From: an uncultured Acidobacteriota bacterium | GTDB lineage: Bacteria; Acidobacteriota; Vicinamibacteria; Fen-336 | Assembly: GCA_963760685.1 (NCBI GenBank) | Contig: CAVXEA010000003.1 | Span: forward strand, 875,781 to 939,780 | Direction of reading: 5' to 3' | Length of the DNA stretch: 64,000 bases | Shown here: positions 6,934 through 16,503 of the stretch, in pieces | Layout: each line of letters opens with the position of its first letter | How positions within the stretch are numbered: position 1 is the stretch's first letter | Notes under the pieces: generated by a model | The model's database searches: none | The model's input: only the letters and a program-made list of their open reading frames with translations | What the model was told of the DNA's origin: nothing | Made by a program: the position numbers and the translations under genes

Positions 6934-9363
6934 ATGAAGGAACTGGTGCGTGACGCTCGCTTCGGTCTGCGACTGCTCGCGGGGAGCCCCGGCTTCACGA
7001 GCGTCGCGGTGCTGGCTCTGGCCCTGGGGATCGCCGCGAGCACGGCGATCTTCAGCGTCGTCTACGCCACGTTGCTCGCGCCCTTGCCCTATCCGGAGCC
7101 CGACCAGCTCGTCATGGTCTGGTCCAAGATCCAGGGAAACAAGAACGTGACCGCGGCCGGCGACTATCTCGACTGGAAGCGGGAGAGTCGCGTCTTTCAG
7201 CACCTGAACGCGTGGACGGGGAGGGGCGTGAGCCTCGCGACGGGTGCGAGCCAGCCGGAGCAGGTCCAGGCCAGCGTCGTGACGCCGGGCTTCTACACGA
7301 TGGTCGGGGATCCCCTCCTCCTGGGGCGCGACTTCCTTCCGGAGGAAGGAGAAGTGGGGAAGGATCAGGTGGCGATCCTGACCCACCGGCTGTGGCAGCA
7401 GCGCTTTGGCGGCGACCGTGCGGTGGTCGGCCGCGAGATCCGGATCGACGGCAAGCCGCACACCGTCGTGGGGATCATGGCTCCGGGCCTCGCCGACCGT
7501 GGCCAGGCGGGGCTTTCGGTGCCCCTGGCCTTCGCTCCGGACCAGATCAATCACGACTTCCACTGGCTGCTGGTCATGGGCCGCCTGAAGCCCGGCATCT
7601 CGCTGGCCCAGGCCAACGCCGACATGGCGACCGTCACCGGCGGCATCGCCCAGGCCCACCCTGCCTCCAACCAGGGTTGGGGAGCGAGCGTCGAGCTGCT
7701 CCAGAACAACTTCCTGAGCCGCGACACCGTCGCCGGTCTTTGGATGCTCCTGGGAGCGGTGGGCTTCGTCCTGTTGATCGCCTGCGCCAACGTGGCGAAC
7801 CTCATGCTCGCGCGCGGAACGTCCCGGCAGCGGGAGATCGCGGTGCGGGCCTCCCTCGGAGCGGGTCGTCGTCGGATCTTTCAGCAGATGCTGGTCGAGA
7901 GCGTGGTCCTGGCCGCGATCGGCGGCGTCCTGGGCGTGGTCCTCGCCCAGATCCTGCTGGACGGGATCCTGGCCATGATGCCCGCCAACACCCTGCCCAC
8001 GGAGGCGGACGTCCGGCTGAACCTGCCGGTGCTGCTCTTCACCTTCGCGGTCTCGGTCGGGTCCGGAGTCCTGTTCGGCTGCATGCCGGCTTGGCAGGCC
8101 ACCCGGCTCGACCTCAGCACCACCCTCAAGGAGGAGGGACGGTCTTCGCTGGGAGGCGGCCGCACGCGTCTGCGTCAGGGCCTGGTGGTGGCCGAGCTCG
8201 CGCTCGCGCTGACCCTCCTGGCCGGAGGGGGGCTCGCCGTGTCGAGCCTCGTGAAGCTGATTGGCGTCGACCTCGGGTTCCGCACCGAACACCTGCTGAC
8301 GTTCTCACTGCCGGTGCCGAGTGGGCGCTTGCCCGGGCCCGATCAGATCCAGACCTTCTACACGCAGCTCGTGGAAAGGATCCAGGCGGTTCCCGGCGTC
8401 GCCTCGGCCTCGGTCTCGACCGGGATGCCCGTGGCGGGCACGGGGTTCGGTATGCCCTTCACGATCGTGGGCAAGCCCGTCGCGGATCGGTCGCGTCGCC
8501 CCGGCGCCGGGTTCAACATGGTGACGCCCGAATACTTCCGCACCTTCGGCCTGCAGGTCGAGAGGGGCCGCGCCTTCACCGAGGCCGATCGCGCCGGCGG
8601 AGTGCCGGTGGCGGTCGTAAACGCCACCTTCGTCAAGAGGTACCTGCCCGGTGTGGATCCCCTGAACCAGAGGCTCCTCATCGAGCAGCTCATCCCGGGT
8701 GTCACGAAGCTCGGGCCCGAGATCGAGTGGCAGATCGTGGGGGTCTATCGCGACGTGCGGAACGGCGGGCCCGGTGGGGACGCGTTCCCCGAGATCGACG
8801 TGCCCTTCGCGCAGAGCCCGTGGCCGGGCACGACGGTCGCGGTACAGACCGCGGGCGCACCGGGCGGCGTGGCGAGCGGGATCGCCGCGGTCGTGAAGTC
8901 GCTCGACCCCGACCTGCCCATGGCGGACGTCAAGAGCATGGACCAGATGGTCAGGGAAGCCACGGCCGGCGCGCGCTTCACCGCCGTGCTTTTCGGTACC
9001 TTCGCTGCGATGGCCTTGCTGCTCGCCGCGGTGGGGATCTACGGCGTGATGTCCTTCGTGGTGGCCACGCGTACCCACGAGATCGGCCTGCGGATGGCTC
9101 TCGGCGCCGGTCGTGCGCAGGTGCTGTGGCAGGTCCTCCGCGAGGGCATGACTACGGCGCTCCTGGGTACTGCTCTGGGCACGCTCGGGGCCCTCGCGGT
9201 CGGCCGGGCCATGAAGGGAATGTTCTACGGGGTGGGAACGATGGAGCCGGTGGCCTTTGCTTCGGTGGTGGCCCTGCTTCTGGCTTCGGCGGTCCTCGCC
9301 TGCCTCGTCCCTGCGCGCCGTGCCGCCTCGGTTGACCCGATGACGGCTCTCCGGCAGGACTGA
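6934..9363 (+). CDS. ADOP-type ABC transporter permease (duplicated FtsX, MacB-like)
   Basis: About 810 aa. N-terminus MKELVRDARFGLRLLAGSPGFTSVAVLALALGIAASTAIFSVVYATLLAPLPYPEPDQLVMVW is the hallmark of Acidobacterial duplicated orphan permeases. Two FtsX modules. GGAGG RBS. Confidence 0.9.
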   Translation: MKELVRDARFGLRLLAGSPGFTSVAVLALALGIAASTAIFSVVYATLLAPLPYPEPDQLVMVWSKIQGNKNVTAAGDYLDWKRESRVFQHLNAWTGRGVSLATGASQPEQVQASVVTPGFYTMVGDPLLLGRDFLPEEGEVGKDQVAILTHRLWQQRFGGDRAVVGREIRIDGKPHTVVGIMAPGLADRGQAGLSVPLAFAPDQINHDFHWLLVMGRLKPGISLAQANADMATVTGGIAQAHPASNQGWGASVELLQNNFLSRDTVAGLWMLLGAVGFVLLIACANVANLMLARGTSRQREIAVRASLGAGRRRIFQQMLVESVVLAAIGGVLGVVLAQILLDGILAMMPANTLPTEADVRLNLPVLLFTFAVSVGSGVLFGCMPAWQATRLDLSTTLKEEGRSSLGGGRTRLRQGLVVAELALALTLLAGGGLAVSSLVKLIGVDLGFRTEHLLTFSLPVPSGRLPGPDQIQTFYTQLVERIQAVPGVASASVSTGMPVAGTGFGMPFTIVGKPVADRSRRPGAGFNMVTPEYFRTFGLQVERGRAFTEADRAGGVPVAVVNATFVKRYLPGVDPLNQRLLIEQLIPGVTKLGPEIEWQIVGVYRDVRNGGPGGDAFPEIDVPFAQSPWPGTTVAVQTAGAPGGVASGIAAVVKSLDPDLPMADVKSMDQMVREATAGARFTAVLFGTFAAMALLLAAVGIYGVMSFVVATRTHEIGLRMALGAGRAQVLWQVLREGMTTALLGTALGTLGALAVGRAMKGMFYGVGTMEPVAFASVVALLLASAVLACLVPARRAASVDPMTALRQD

Positions 9364-9491
9364 CCCATTCCTCCGGGGGCCTGGCCGCCCCGGCACCGCG
9401 GTGGGCTAGAATCGGCGAGTCGGCGAGGGGGGCGGGGCCGCATGGGGAGTGCCGAGCACCGCGGTGACACGCGAGGCAGGACGCCGGGCGG

Positions 9492-10895
9492 ATGAGCTCG
9501 CGCCCGCTCCCCCGGATCGGAGCGCGGCTCGCCCTCCAGGGCGTTCTCGCTCTGAGCTACTTCCTCACGGCCAAGCTCGGCCTGCAGTTGGCCTTCCTCA
9601 ATTCGAGCGCCACGACCGTGTGGCCACCCACCGGGATCGCGATTGCAGGTCTCCTGGTCGGAGGCGCAGGCCTGTGGCCCGCCGTCCTGGTGGGCGCCTT
9701 CCTGGCCAACGTGGCCACGACGGGGCTGGTCCTGAGCTCCGCGGGGATCGCCATCGGCAACACCGCCGAGGCCCTGATCGGCGCCTACCTGGTCAACCGC
9801 TTCGCCGACGGCCGGGATGCGATGAAGCGGGCCCAGAGCATCGTCAAGTTCGCTTTCCTGGCGGGAGTTGTGAGCACGGCCATCAGCGCCACCCTGGGTG
9901 TCACCAGCCTCCTCGCCGGCGGCCTTCTCCGGCCCGGAACCTACGGGGCCGTGTGGCTCACGTGGTGGATGGGCGATCTGGTCGGAGCGGTGATGGTGGC
10001 TCCCGTCGTCCTCACCTGGAGCGCGGAGCCACGCCTCCGGTGGACCCGCGGTCAGGCGTTGGAGGCGGGGGCCCTGTTGCTGGCGCTGGTCATCGGTGGT
10101 CTCGCGATGTTCGGTGGGTTTCTCCGTCTCTACCCCTTGATCTTCCTGGCCCTGCCCCTGCTGCTCTGGCCCGCCTTCCGATTCGGACCGCGCGAAGCGG
10201 CGAGCGCGGCGGTGGTGCTGGCGGGAATCGCCGTGGCGGGGACCCTTCGGGGCCACGGCCCTTTTACGCATGGGTCGCCGAACGAGTCCCTCCTCGAGCT
10301 CCAGTCGTTCATGGGGGTCAATGCCGTGACCGCGGTCGCGGTGGCCGCGGTGGTTCGGGAGAGGAAGCGTCTCGAGGCGAGGCTGGCCCACCTCGCCGAC
10401 CACGATTCCCTCACCGACGTGCTCACGAGGCGGCGTTTCCAGGACGAGCTCGCTCAGCAACTGGCCCACTCCCAACGCTATGGCACGCCGGGAGCCGTGC
10501 TCTTCCTGGACCTGGACAACTTCAAGTCCGTGAACGACCGTCTGGGTCACGGAGTGGGGGACCAGATCCTGATGAACGTGGCGAGATCGCTGCGCGCGCG
10601 GCTGCGGGACAGTGACTTCCTCGGTCGTCTGGGCGGCGACGAGTTCGCCGTGCTCCTGCCCTGGGCCGACGGGGCTCAAGCCCAGGCCGTCGCCGCGCAA
10701 TTGGTGCGGACGATCGCCTCGGAGCGCACCGTCGTCGGCGGAACCGAAATCGCTATCGCGGCGAGCATCGGCATTGCCCTCATCCCCGAGCACGGGCAAA
10801 CCGTGGAAGAGCTGTTGGCCCATGCCGATGCGGCGATGTTCCAGGCCAAGGCCGCCGGGAGCAACCACCTGCAGGTCTACGCCCCGGGGGTATGA
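9492..10895 (+). CDS. Diguanylate cyclase with MASE1 membrane sensor and GGDEF domain
   Basis: Polytopic N-terminus. C-terminus RRRFQDELAQQL ... LFLDLDNFKSVNDRLGHGVGDQIL ... RLGGDEFAVLL. Confidence 0.85.
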   Translation: MSSRPLPRIGARLALQGVLALSYFLTAKLGLQLAFLNSSATTVWPPTGIAIAGLLVGGAGLWPAVLVGAFLANVATTGLVLSSAGIAIGNTAEALIGAYLVNRFADGRDAMKRAQSIVKFAFLAGVVSTAISATLGVTSLLAGGLLRPGTYGAVWLTWWMGDLVGAVMVAPVVLTWSAEPRLRWTRGQALEAGALLLALVIGGLAMFGGFLRLYPLIFLALPLLLWPAFRFGPREAASAAVVLAGIAVAGTLRGHGPFTHGSPNESLLELQSFMGVNAVTAVAVAAVVRERKRLEARLAHLADHDSLTDVLTRRRFQDELAQQLAHSQRYGTPGAVLFLDLDNFKSVNDRLGHGVGDQILMNVARSLRARLRDSDFLGRLGGDEFAVLLPWADGAQAQAVAAQLVRTIASERTVVGGTEIAIAASIGIALIPEHGQTVEELLAHADAAMFQAKAAGSNHLQVYAPGV

Positions 10896-10940
10896 CCGGC
10901 CGACTCGGAGCAGCCCACCCCGCGGACCGCGACCGCCTCC

Positions 10941-12341
10941 TCAGGAGCCGAAGATCTTCTTGAGGACGTCCTTCGCCTTGTCGGTGTTCGTGACCCGATA
11001 GATCAGCGAAACCTTCACCCGCCATTCCTGAATGCGCGCCTTGCCCTGGACCTCGGGCCCGGGCGGGAGGCCGAAGTCCGCGGCTCGACCGACGACGTAG
11101 ACCGGAGTGAGATTCAGCGTGTTGCCAAAGTCGCCCCACCGATACTCCACGGACACGTCGAGCTTGACGCTGTTCGAGTTGAGGCCGGTGCCGGCGGCGA
11201 GGATCCTGTGGTTGGAGTCGTCGCGCACCAGGGGGTCCCGCCCTCCCTGGGGCTCGCGGCTCCAGCCGAAGCGGAGCGGGACGAACTGGCCGTTGACCGG
11301 GAAGAGCTTCTCGATCCCCGCGTTTACCGTGATCGTGTCGCGAGTGGCGCTCAGCTCGGGTGGCAGCCCGTCGAACCCGCTCGTCGGCTGATCGGGTGAG
11401 TTGGGCGAGCCGACGACCAGGAACTGCGTCCACTGGTCGTAGGTGACGTCCACGGCCAGTCGCAAGAGGGGCTTCGGAAGCCAGGCGACACCCACGCCGA
11501 TCGACCGCGGGAAATGGATCTGGGGCCCGTTCTCGAAGCGAGCCTCGAAAGGGTCCGTCAGGCTGGAGAGGGTCGTCTGCGAGACCGCATAGTCGCCGAG
11601 GAGAGCCCCGTGATAGACCATTCCCACCCGGAACTTCGGATAGCCAAGGAGCAGCCCGAGGGTCAGGTTTTCGCCACGGACCGAGTTGGTGATGCGGACG
11701 GAGCTGAAGTCGGTGGGACCGGCGACCCCCGGGTCTTCGCTGGTGTTGGCGCTATCCTCCCAGTCGCCTCGGTAGAGATCCAGGCTGAAACCAAGGGACA
11801 AGCGGCTCGTGAGGCGGGCCGCGCCGGCGAACGACCAAAGGTCGATGCTGCCGTTGGTCTCGCCGTCGAGGCGGACGACGCCCTCGGGCCGAGAGGTCGG
11901 GGAAGACGGAACCCGCCGCATGTCGCCCCGCAAGCGTGCGTTCAACTGGTAGAGACGCCGCCAACCCACCTGGAGGGTGACGGGCTTGCCCGCCACGCCG
12001 AACGGAACGGCGGCGCTCGCGAACTCGATGTCGGTGGTCGTCGCGCTGGACTTCAGGGTCGTGAAGAAGGCGGAGTCGTCGCGGGCCTTGTAGCCCTCGA
12101 GGAAGGTGGTGCGCCCGCTCGTGCTCTGGACGAGGGAGAACTCGGGCTTGCGGAGCTGGGAGAGGCCCGCCGGGTTCCAGGAAGCGGCCGTGCCGTCGTC
12201 CGAGACCGCGATGAAGGCGTTGCCCATTCCGGCCGCCCGCGCGCCCGAGCCCGCACGGTTGAGCGAGGTCTCCTGAGCGCCCGCCGCGGCCGCGGCCGTC
12301 AGGAGGGCCGTGGCCAGCAGCTTCGTGCCCACCCTGCTCAT
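10941..12341 (-). CDS. Outer-membrane beta-barrel transport protein, FadL/OmpP1/TodX-like (OMP1)
   Basis: 467 aa with signal peptide MSRVGTKLLATALLTAAAAAGAQE and AGMGNAFIAVSDDGTAASWNPAGL motif. Start abuts the upstream kinase stop. Confidence 0.7.
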   Translation of the reverse strand: MSRVGTKLLATALLTAAAAAGAQETSLNRAGSGARAAGMGNAFIAVSDDGTAASWNPAGLSQLRKPEFSLVQSTSGRTTFLEGYKARDDSAFFTTLKSSATTTDIEFASAAVPFGVAGKPVTLQVGWRRLYQLNARLRGDMRRVPSSPTSRPEGVVRLDGETNGSIDLWSFAGAARLTSRLSLGFSLDLYRGDWEDSANTSEDPGVAGPTDFSSVRITNSVRGENLTLGLLLGYPKFRVGMVYHGALLGDYAVSQTTLSSLTDPFEARFENGPQIHFPRSIGVGVAWLPKPLLRLAVDVTYDQWTQFLVVGSPNSPDQPTSGFDGLPPELSATRDTITVNAGIEKLFPVNGQFVPLRFGWSREPQGGRDPLVRDDSNHRILAAGTGLNSNSVKLDVSVEYRWGDFGNTLNLTPVYVVGRAADFGLPPGPEVQGKARIQEWRVKVSLIYRVTNTDKAKDVLKKIFGS

Positions 12342-13139
12342 CGCGCCGCCGCGAGGAAGTCGCTGAGCTCGTTCAGCAGCTCTTCGGCGGAGGGCCGCTC
12401 GGAGGGGTCCTTGCTCAGCAGGCGCAGGACGATCCGGTCGAGGTCCTTCGAGAGCGCGAAGTTCAGGGTGGAAGGGACGGGAGGCGGGGTGAGGCAATGG
12501 CTGCGCAGCACCGCGAAGGGCGTGTCGCCGCGAAAGGGCAGGCTGCCGGTCAGCATCTCGAAGAACACCACGCCGAGCGAGTAGAGATCGCTTCCCGGCT
12601 GGCTCGTCGATTCGATGGTCTCGGGGGCGGCGTAGCTCGGGGTGCCGAGGAACGACCCGGTGGTGGTGAGCCCCTCGAGGCGCTGCGCGCGGGCGATCCC
12701 GTAGTCCATCACCTTCAAGCCTCCCGACTGCTCGAGCATGATGTTCGACGGCTTCAGATCGCGGTGGATCACGCCCTTGTTGTGGGCGTAGTCGAGCGCT
12801 TCCGCCACCTGGGAGGTGATCCGCGCCGCCAAGGGCGGATCCAGCCGGCCTTCGAGGTCGAGGCGCGCCCGCAAGGTCTCGCCGTCCACGAGCTCCATGG
12901 ACGAAGTAGGGCGTGTCGCCGACCTGGCCCCGATCGAAGATGCGGATGATGTTGGGGTGGTGCAGGGCGCGGCCGAGCTCCGCCTCGCGCAGGAAGCGCT
13001 CGAGGAAACGGGGATCGTCGAGGAAGCCGGCCAAGGGCCGCTTGAGGGCGAATCGCTCGCCGCGCCGCTCGGCCTCGTAGACGCAGGCCATGCCGCCCTT
13101 GCCGATGCGGCGGATCAACTTGTAGTCGCCGAAGGGCAT
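12338..13139 (-). CDS. Ser/Thr protein kinase, catalytic domain only; interrupted by a +1 frameshift near 12898
   Basis: N-terminal half (IGKGGMACVY ... FALK ... HHPNIIRIFD ... DTPYFV) is in one frame. C-terminal half (MELVDGETL ... HRDLKPSNIM ... SFLGTPSYAAPE) is in the next. The junction reads TTCGTC-C-ATGGAG, a single extra C. Confidence 0.8.
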
Positions 13140-14196
13140 GGGGAAGCTCTCGTCGGTCCCGCGGTCGCTTCCGCTGCCGATCGACGGAGTCGAGCGCGGG
13201 CGGTTGCGGAGGAGCAGTACTCGCCCCGCTCCTGATCCAAAGGACGACGCCGAGGGCCAGGAACGCGACGAGAAGCAGGGCCGCTCCCCATCGCAATCCA
13301 GGATGGGTCTCCAGGGCGGGGGCCGCGGCCGGAGCCGGGGCCGCCGGGCGATAGGGCAGCGCTGCGTCGAACGCCAGCGATGGGCCGGCGAGATCGAGCT
13401 CGCGGATGAGATCGTCACGTCCCTCGGACGAGAGCCGGATTCGGTGGCGGCCCCTGGCCAGGCCCGTGAGCCGCAGTCGCCCGGTCTCCGGATCCGTGCG
13501 CCCGACGGGCGCGTCGTCGAGAAACACCTGCGCGCCAGGAGGGTGGGAGGTGACGTCGATCGACGCCGTCGCGTCGGATGGGGTGGGGCGCGGCATAGCG
13601 CTTTCCCGGCTCGGAGCGGCGGGGTGGGTTGCGGGCGTGGCCGGGATTGGGGGCAGGGGGTGCGTGGCCACGGGCGGGGGCACCGCTTCGGCTGAAGTCG
13701 TGGCCGGCGGCGGCGCGGGCGTGACCTGGGCGGCGACCACCGCCGGTGAAGGGCTTGGCGTCGCGGTTGGAGCCGGAGGCGGCCGCTTCGCGAGGAGAGC
13801 CGCGCGCGCACGCGCCTCGAGGGCGGCTCGTTCCTCCGCGGGCTCGGCCCCGAGCCGCGCGGAGGTCTCCAGCACCTTGAGCGCGTCCTCGTAGGCTTCG
13901 AGGAGCAGGTCGGCCTCGGCCAGCCGAAGGTACGGAAAATAGCGGGGCTCGAAGTTGGTCCCGTAGGTGGGGACGTTCACGCCGGCTTGCGGACGCTTCT
14001 CGATCGCCCGCCGCAGAAGCTCCGCCGCGCGCTGACCCTGGCGGTTGCGCAAGGCGCGCACCCCGTCCGCGTAGAGCTCGTGCCACTCCTGGGCTGAAGC
14101 ACCCACGGGCCAGAGGCAGGCGAGTGCCAGCAAGGCGGCGGCGGCGAGCCTGGTAGAGCGGCCGAGACCGCGTGCACGAATGTCGAAGGGGGCCAC
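13140..14196 (-). CDS. Secreted/membrane protein: signal peptide, TPR-like 'YFPYL' region, Pro/Ala-rich linker, PEGA domain, C-terminal TM helix; possibly fused to the downstream kinase in the true sequence
   Basis: Signal peptide MAPFDIRARGLGRSTRLAAAALLALACLWPVGASA. PEGA domain VTSHPPGAQVFLDDAPVGRTDPETGRLRLTGLARGRHRIRL. TM helix LRWGAALLLVAFLALGVVLWI. No stop before the out-of-frame kinase start, so a hidden indel or a fusion is likely. Confidence 0.55.
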
Positions 14197-14245
14197 TCGG
14201 TCTCCGCTCGGGGCAGGATTATGCCCTACTTGCGACGGAAGGGGC

Positions 14246-16501
14246 TCAGGGCCTGGGCGGAGCGGTCTCCACTCGGAACCGGCTCACACACAGCCGACGT
14301 CGATCCGAAACGTCCCGGTCGAGGTCAGGAAACCGGATCTCGGCGTGGGTGATGCCGGTCTGCAACCGGATCGGCACGCGGAATCTTCGGTACTGGTCGA
14401 CGGGCACCTCGAAGGCGGCGACCGGGGTGTCGACGATGAGCCGCGGTCCGAGACCGCGAGCCCCCGGGCCCGGGATCGCTTCCATCTCGAGAAACCCGTC
14501 GACGTCCCGCGGGGTAAAGAGGAGAGCGCGGGTCCTTGCGCGTCCGAACCACACGCAGCCTCCGGGCCCGGGGGCATCGTCGCTCGGGGTGAGGATCGCC
14601 AGCATCTGCGGACGCGTCCCGTCCCGGACGAGGCCAATGTGTCCACCGAGTCGAAGGACGCCGTCCGTGACCGCGCCACGGAGTCCCGTCACCAGCGGCA
14701 GCACCGCGTCGGGACCCTGGCGAGGGCTCTTGCCGAGCGCGGCCCACAACTCCACGAACCGCCGGCCTGGGTCCGGCGGGATCCACAGGCTCCCCGTCCA
14801 GTCCCCGACGAGTCTTCGCGGATAGGCGAGGAGACCGAGGTAGAGCGGAAGCTGCTGGCTGGTGTCCGGGATGCGATCGGTCGCGAGCAACGTTCCCGAA
14901 GGCAACTCGCGGAAGGCGCGCCGAAGGGTCGGCCACTCGTCGAGAGGCCGGGGGCCACCGGCGAAGGCCTCGAGGCTGCCGCCCAGAACCCCGGCCAGCG
15001 CCCAGTGCACCGGGAGGAGGCCCAGGGGAGCGGCCGCGAGCCACGGGATCCAACGCCCGAGTCTGCGGCCAGCCGCGAGGGCCAGGAGACCCTGAAGCTC
15101 GGCGAGAAGGACGAGAGGATAGGCCCATTGCACGAGCTTGAAGACGCTCCAGGTGTGACCCCTCTCGGCGGTCCAGGGATCGTGAGCCACGAGCGCGAAC
15201 CACGCGATCCCGAGGGCGATACCGAAGGCCGAGGCGGAGAGGACGCCCGCTCGCGGCGCCTTCGCGATCCGGTAGGCGCCGAGGAGCGCCAGCGCGGCAT
15301 ACACGGGGGTCAGCCAGAGGTGGGCCGCTCGAAGGTTCTCGACCCATGGACCGAGGGACTCGGCGGTGAAAAGCCGCGCGCCGAGCGCGAGCTCTGAAAA
15401 GCCGACGGGCGACAGCGGCACGTGGAAACCGACCACCGTGCTCCCGAGAAAGCCGAGACCCCGGATCGGGCTGATTCCCTGGCCCACCAGCAGGATCAGC
15501 GCGACGACCCCGAAGACGCCGAGGCCCGCGGCCAACTGCCGTCGTCGGCCGGGCGCGCGTGAGCGTGCGATGGCCGAGAACAGCCACCATCCGGACGCCG
15601 CCGCGGCGACGGGGAGGAGGGCCAGGTAGGTGCTCGCGAGCCACGCCGTGAGCAAGCCGAGCAACGTGGCCTCGGAGGCGCGCCACCGTTCCTCAGGCAA
15701 GGTGCGAGAGAGCGCGAGGACGATCCCGAGAAGCGCTGAGGTTCCGAGGGTCTGCGCAAGGAACCCCGCGTGGTGCGCCCAGAGGAGTGGTTGGGGTAGT
15801 GCGGCAATGACCAGCCCCAGGGGAGCCAGCAAGCGGACCGGCCACTTCAGCATCCATCGTCCGACCACCAGGATGGCGACCACCGCGAGCACGAGACCGA
15901 AAGTGCTGAGAGCAGGGTAGACGACCAGCGGGGACGACACGCGAGCCATCGCCTGGGTGCCCGCCAGCAGGAACGCCGGGGCCAGCGGTGCCCGGGCGCC
16001 CTGGTAGAGGGTGGGGTAGAACGCGATCGGCTCGTCCGCTCGCCACACGGTCGGCGTCCCGAACGAGTGGTCCTGAAGCCACTGGGCAAACGCGCAGTAG
16101 GTGAGGCTGTCGTTGGCGGTCGCGAAGCTCCCGTTCCTCAGGACCGGCAGGAGGCCGACGAGGGCGACCGCCAGCGCCGGGACGAGGATCGTCGCCCATC
16201 GGCCCCATCCTCCCCGCGGCCGGAGCACATCGAGCTCGCGCCGCCAAGCCACGAGGCCGAGTGCGACTCCATGGGCGATGAGGATGAGCACGGTCGCGGA
16301 CGGGATAAGGCAACCGCGCACCGAGAGCGTCGTGAGCGATACCGTCCACCACGCCGTCCCCACGAGGCTCGACGCCACCGCCTCCAAGGGTCCGAGAGTG
16401 CGCAGCCATCGCGGCCCCAGGAGCGCTACGTGCAGGCGGCCGGTGAGGGTCGTGATCACGGCGAGGAGGACGACGACGGCCAGGCAGGTTGCGGAGGCCA
16501 T
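14246..16501 (-). CDS. Large polytopic integral membrane protein, GT-C-glycosyltransferase-like (paralog A)
   Basis: About 751 aa from MASATCLAVVVLLAV. At least 12 TM helices plus a 250-aa C-terminal soluble domain; motif ERGHTWSVFKLVQWAYP. The annotated ORF is extended upstream by out-of-frame Arg-rich junk. Confidence 0.55.
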   Translation of the reverse strand: MASATCLAVVVLLAVITTLTGRLHVALLGPRWLRTLGPLEAVASSLVGTAWWTVSLTTLSVRGCLIPSATVLILIAHGVALGLVAWRRELDVLRPRGGWGRWATILVPALAVALVGLLPVLRNGSFATANDSLTYCAFAQWLQDHSFGTPTVWRADEPIAFYPTLYQGARAPLAPAFLLAGTQAMARVSSPLVVYPALSTFGLVLAVVAILVVGRWMLKWPVRLLAPLGLVIAALPQPLLWAHHAGFLAQTLGTSALLGIVLALSRTLPEERWRASEATLLGLLTAWLASTYLALLPVAAAASGWWLFSAIARSRAPGRRRQLAAGLGVFGVVALILLVGQGISPIRGLGFLGSTVVGFHVPLSPVGFSELALGARLFTAESLGPWVENLRAAHLWLTPVYAALALLGAYRIAKAPRAGVLSASAFGIALGIAWFALVAHDPWTAERGHTWSVFKLVQWAYPLVLLAELQGLLALAAGRRLGRWIPWLAAAPLGLLPVHWALAGVLGGSLEAFAGGPRPLDEWPTLRRAFRELPSGTLLATDRIPDTSQQLPLYLGLLAYPRRLVGDWTGSLWIPPDPGRRFVELWAALGKSPRQGPDAVLPLVTGLRGAVTDGVLRLGGHIGLVRDGTRPQMLAILTPSDDAPGPGGCVWFGRARTRALLFTPRDVDGFLEMEAIPGPGARGLGPRLIVDTPVAAFEVPVDQYRRFRVPIRLQTGITHAEIRFPDLDRDVSDRRRLCVSRFRVETAPPRP

Positions 16502-16503
16502 GC

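Noticed and set aside
6622-8292. 556-aa ORF on the minus strand opposite the ADOP permease
   Set aside because: Arg/Gly/Pro-rich low-complexity translation, typical of wrong-strand reading in 70% GC DNA. It fully overlaps a well-supported gene.
14180-15397. 405-aa and 217-aa plus-strand ORFs overlapping 14246-16501
   Set aside because: Same antisense artefact pattern.
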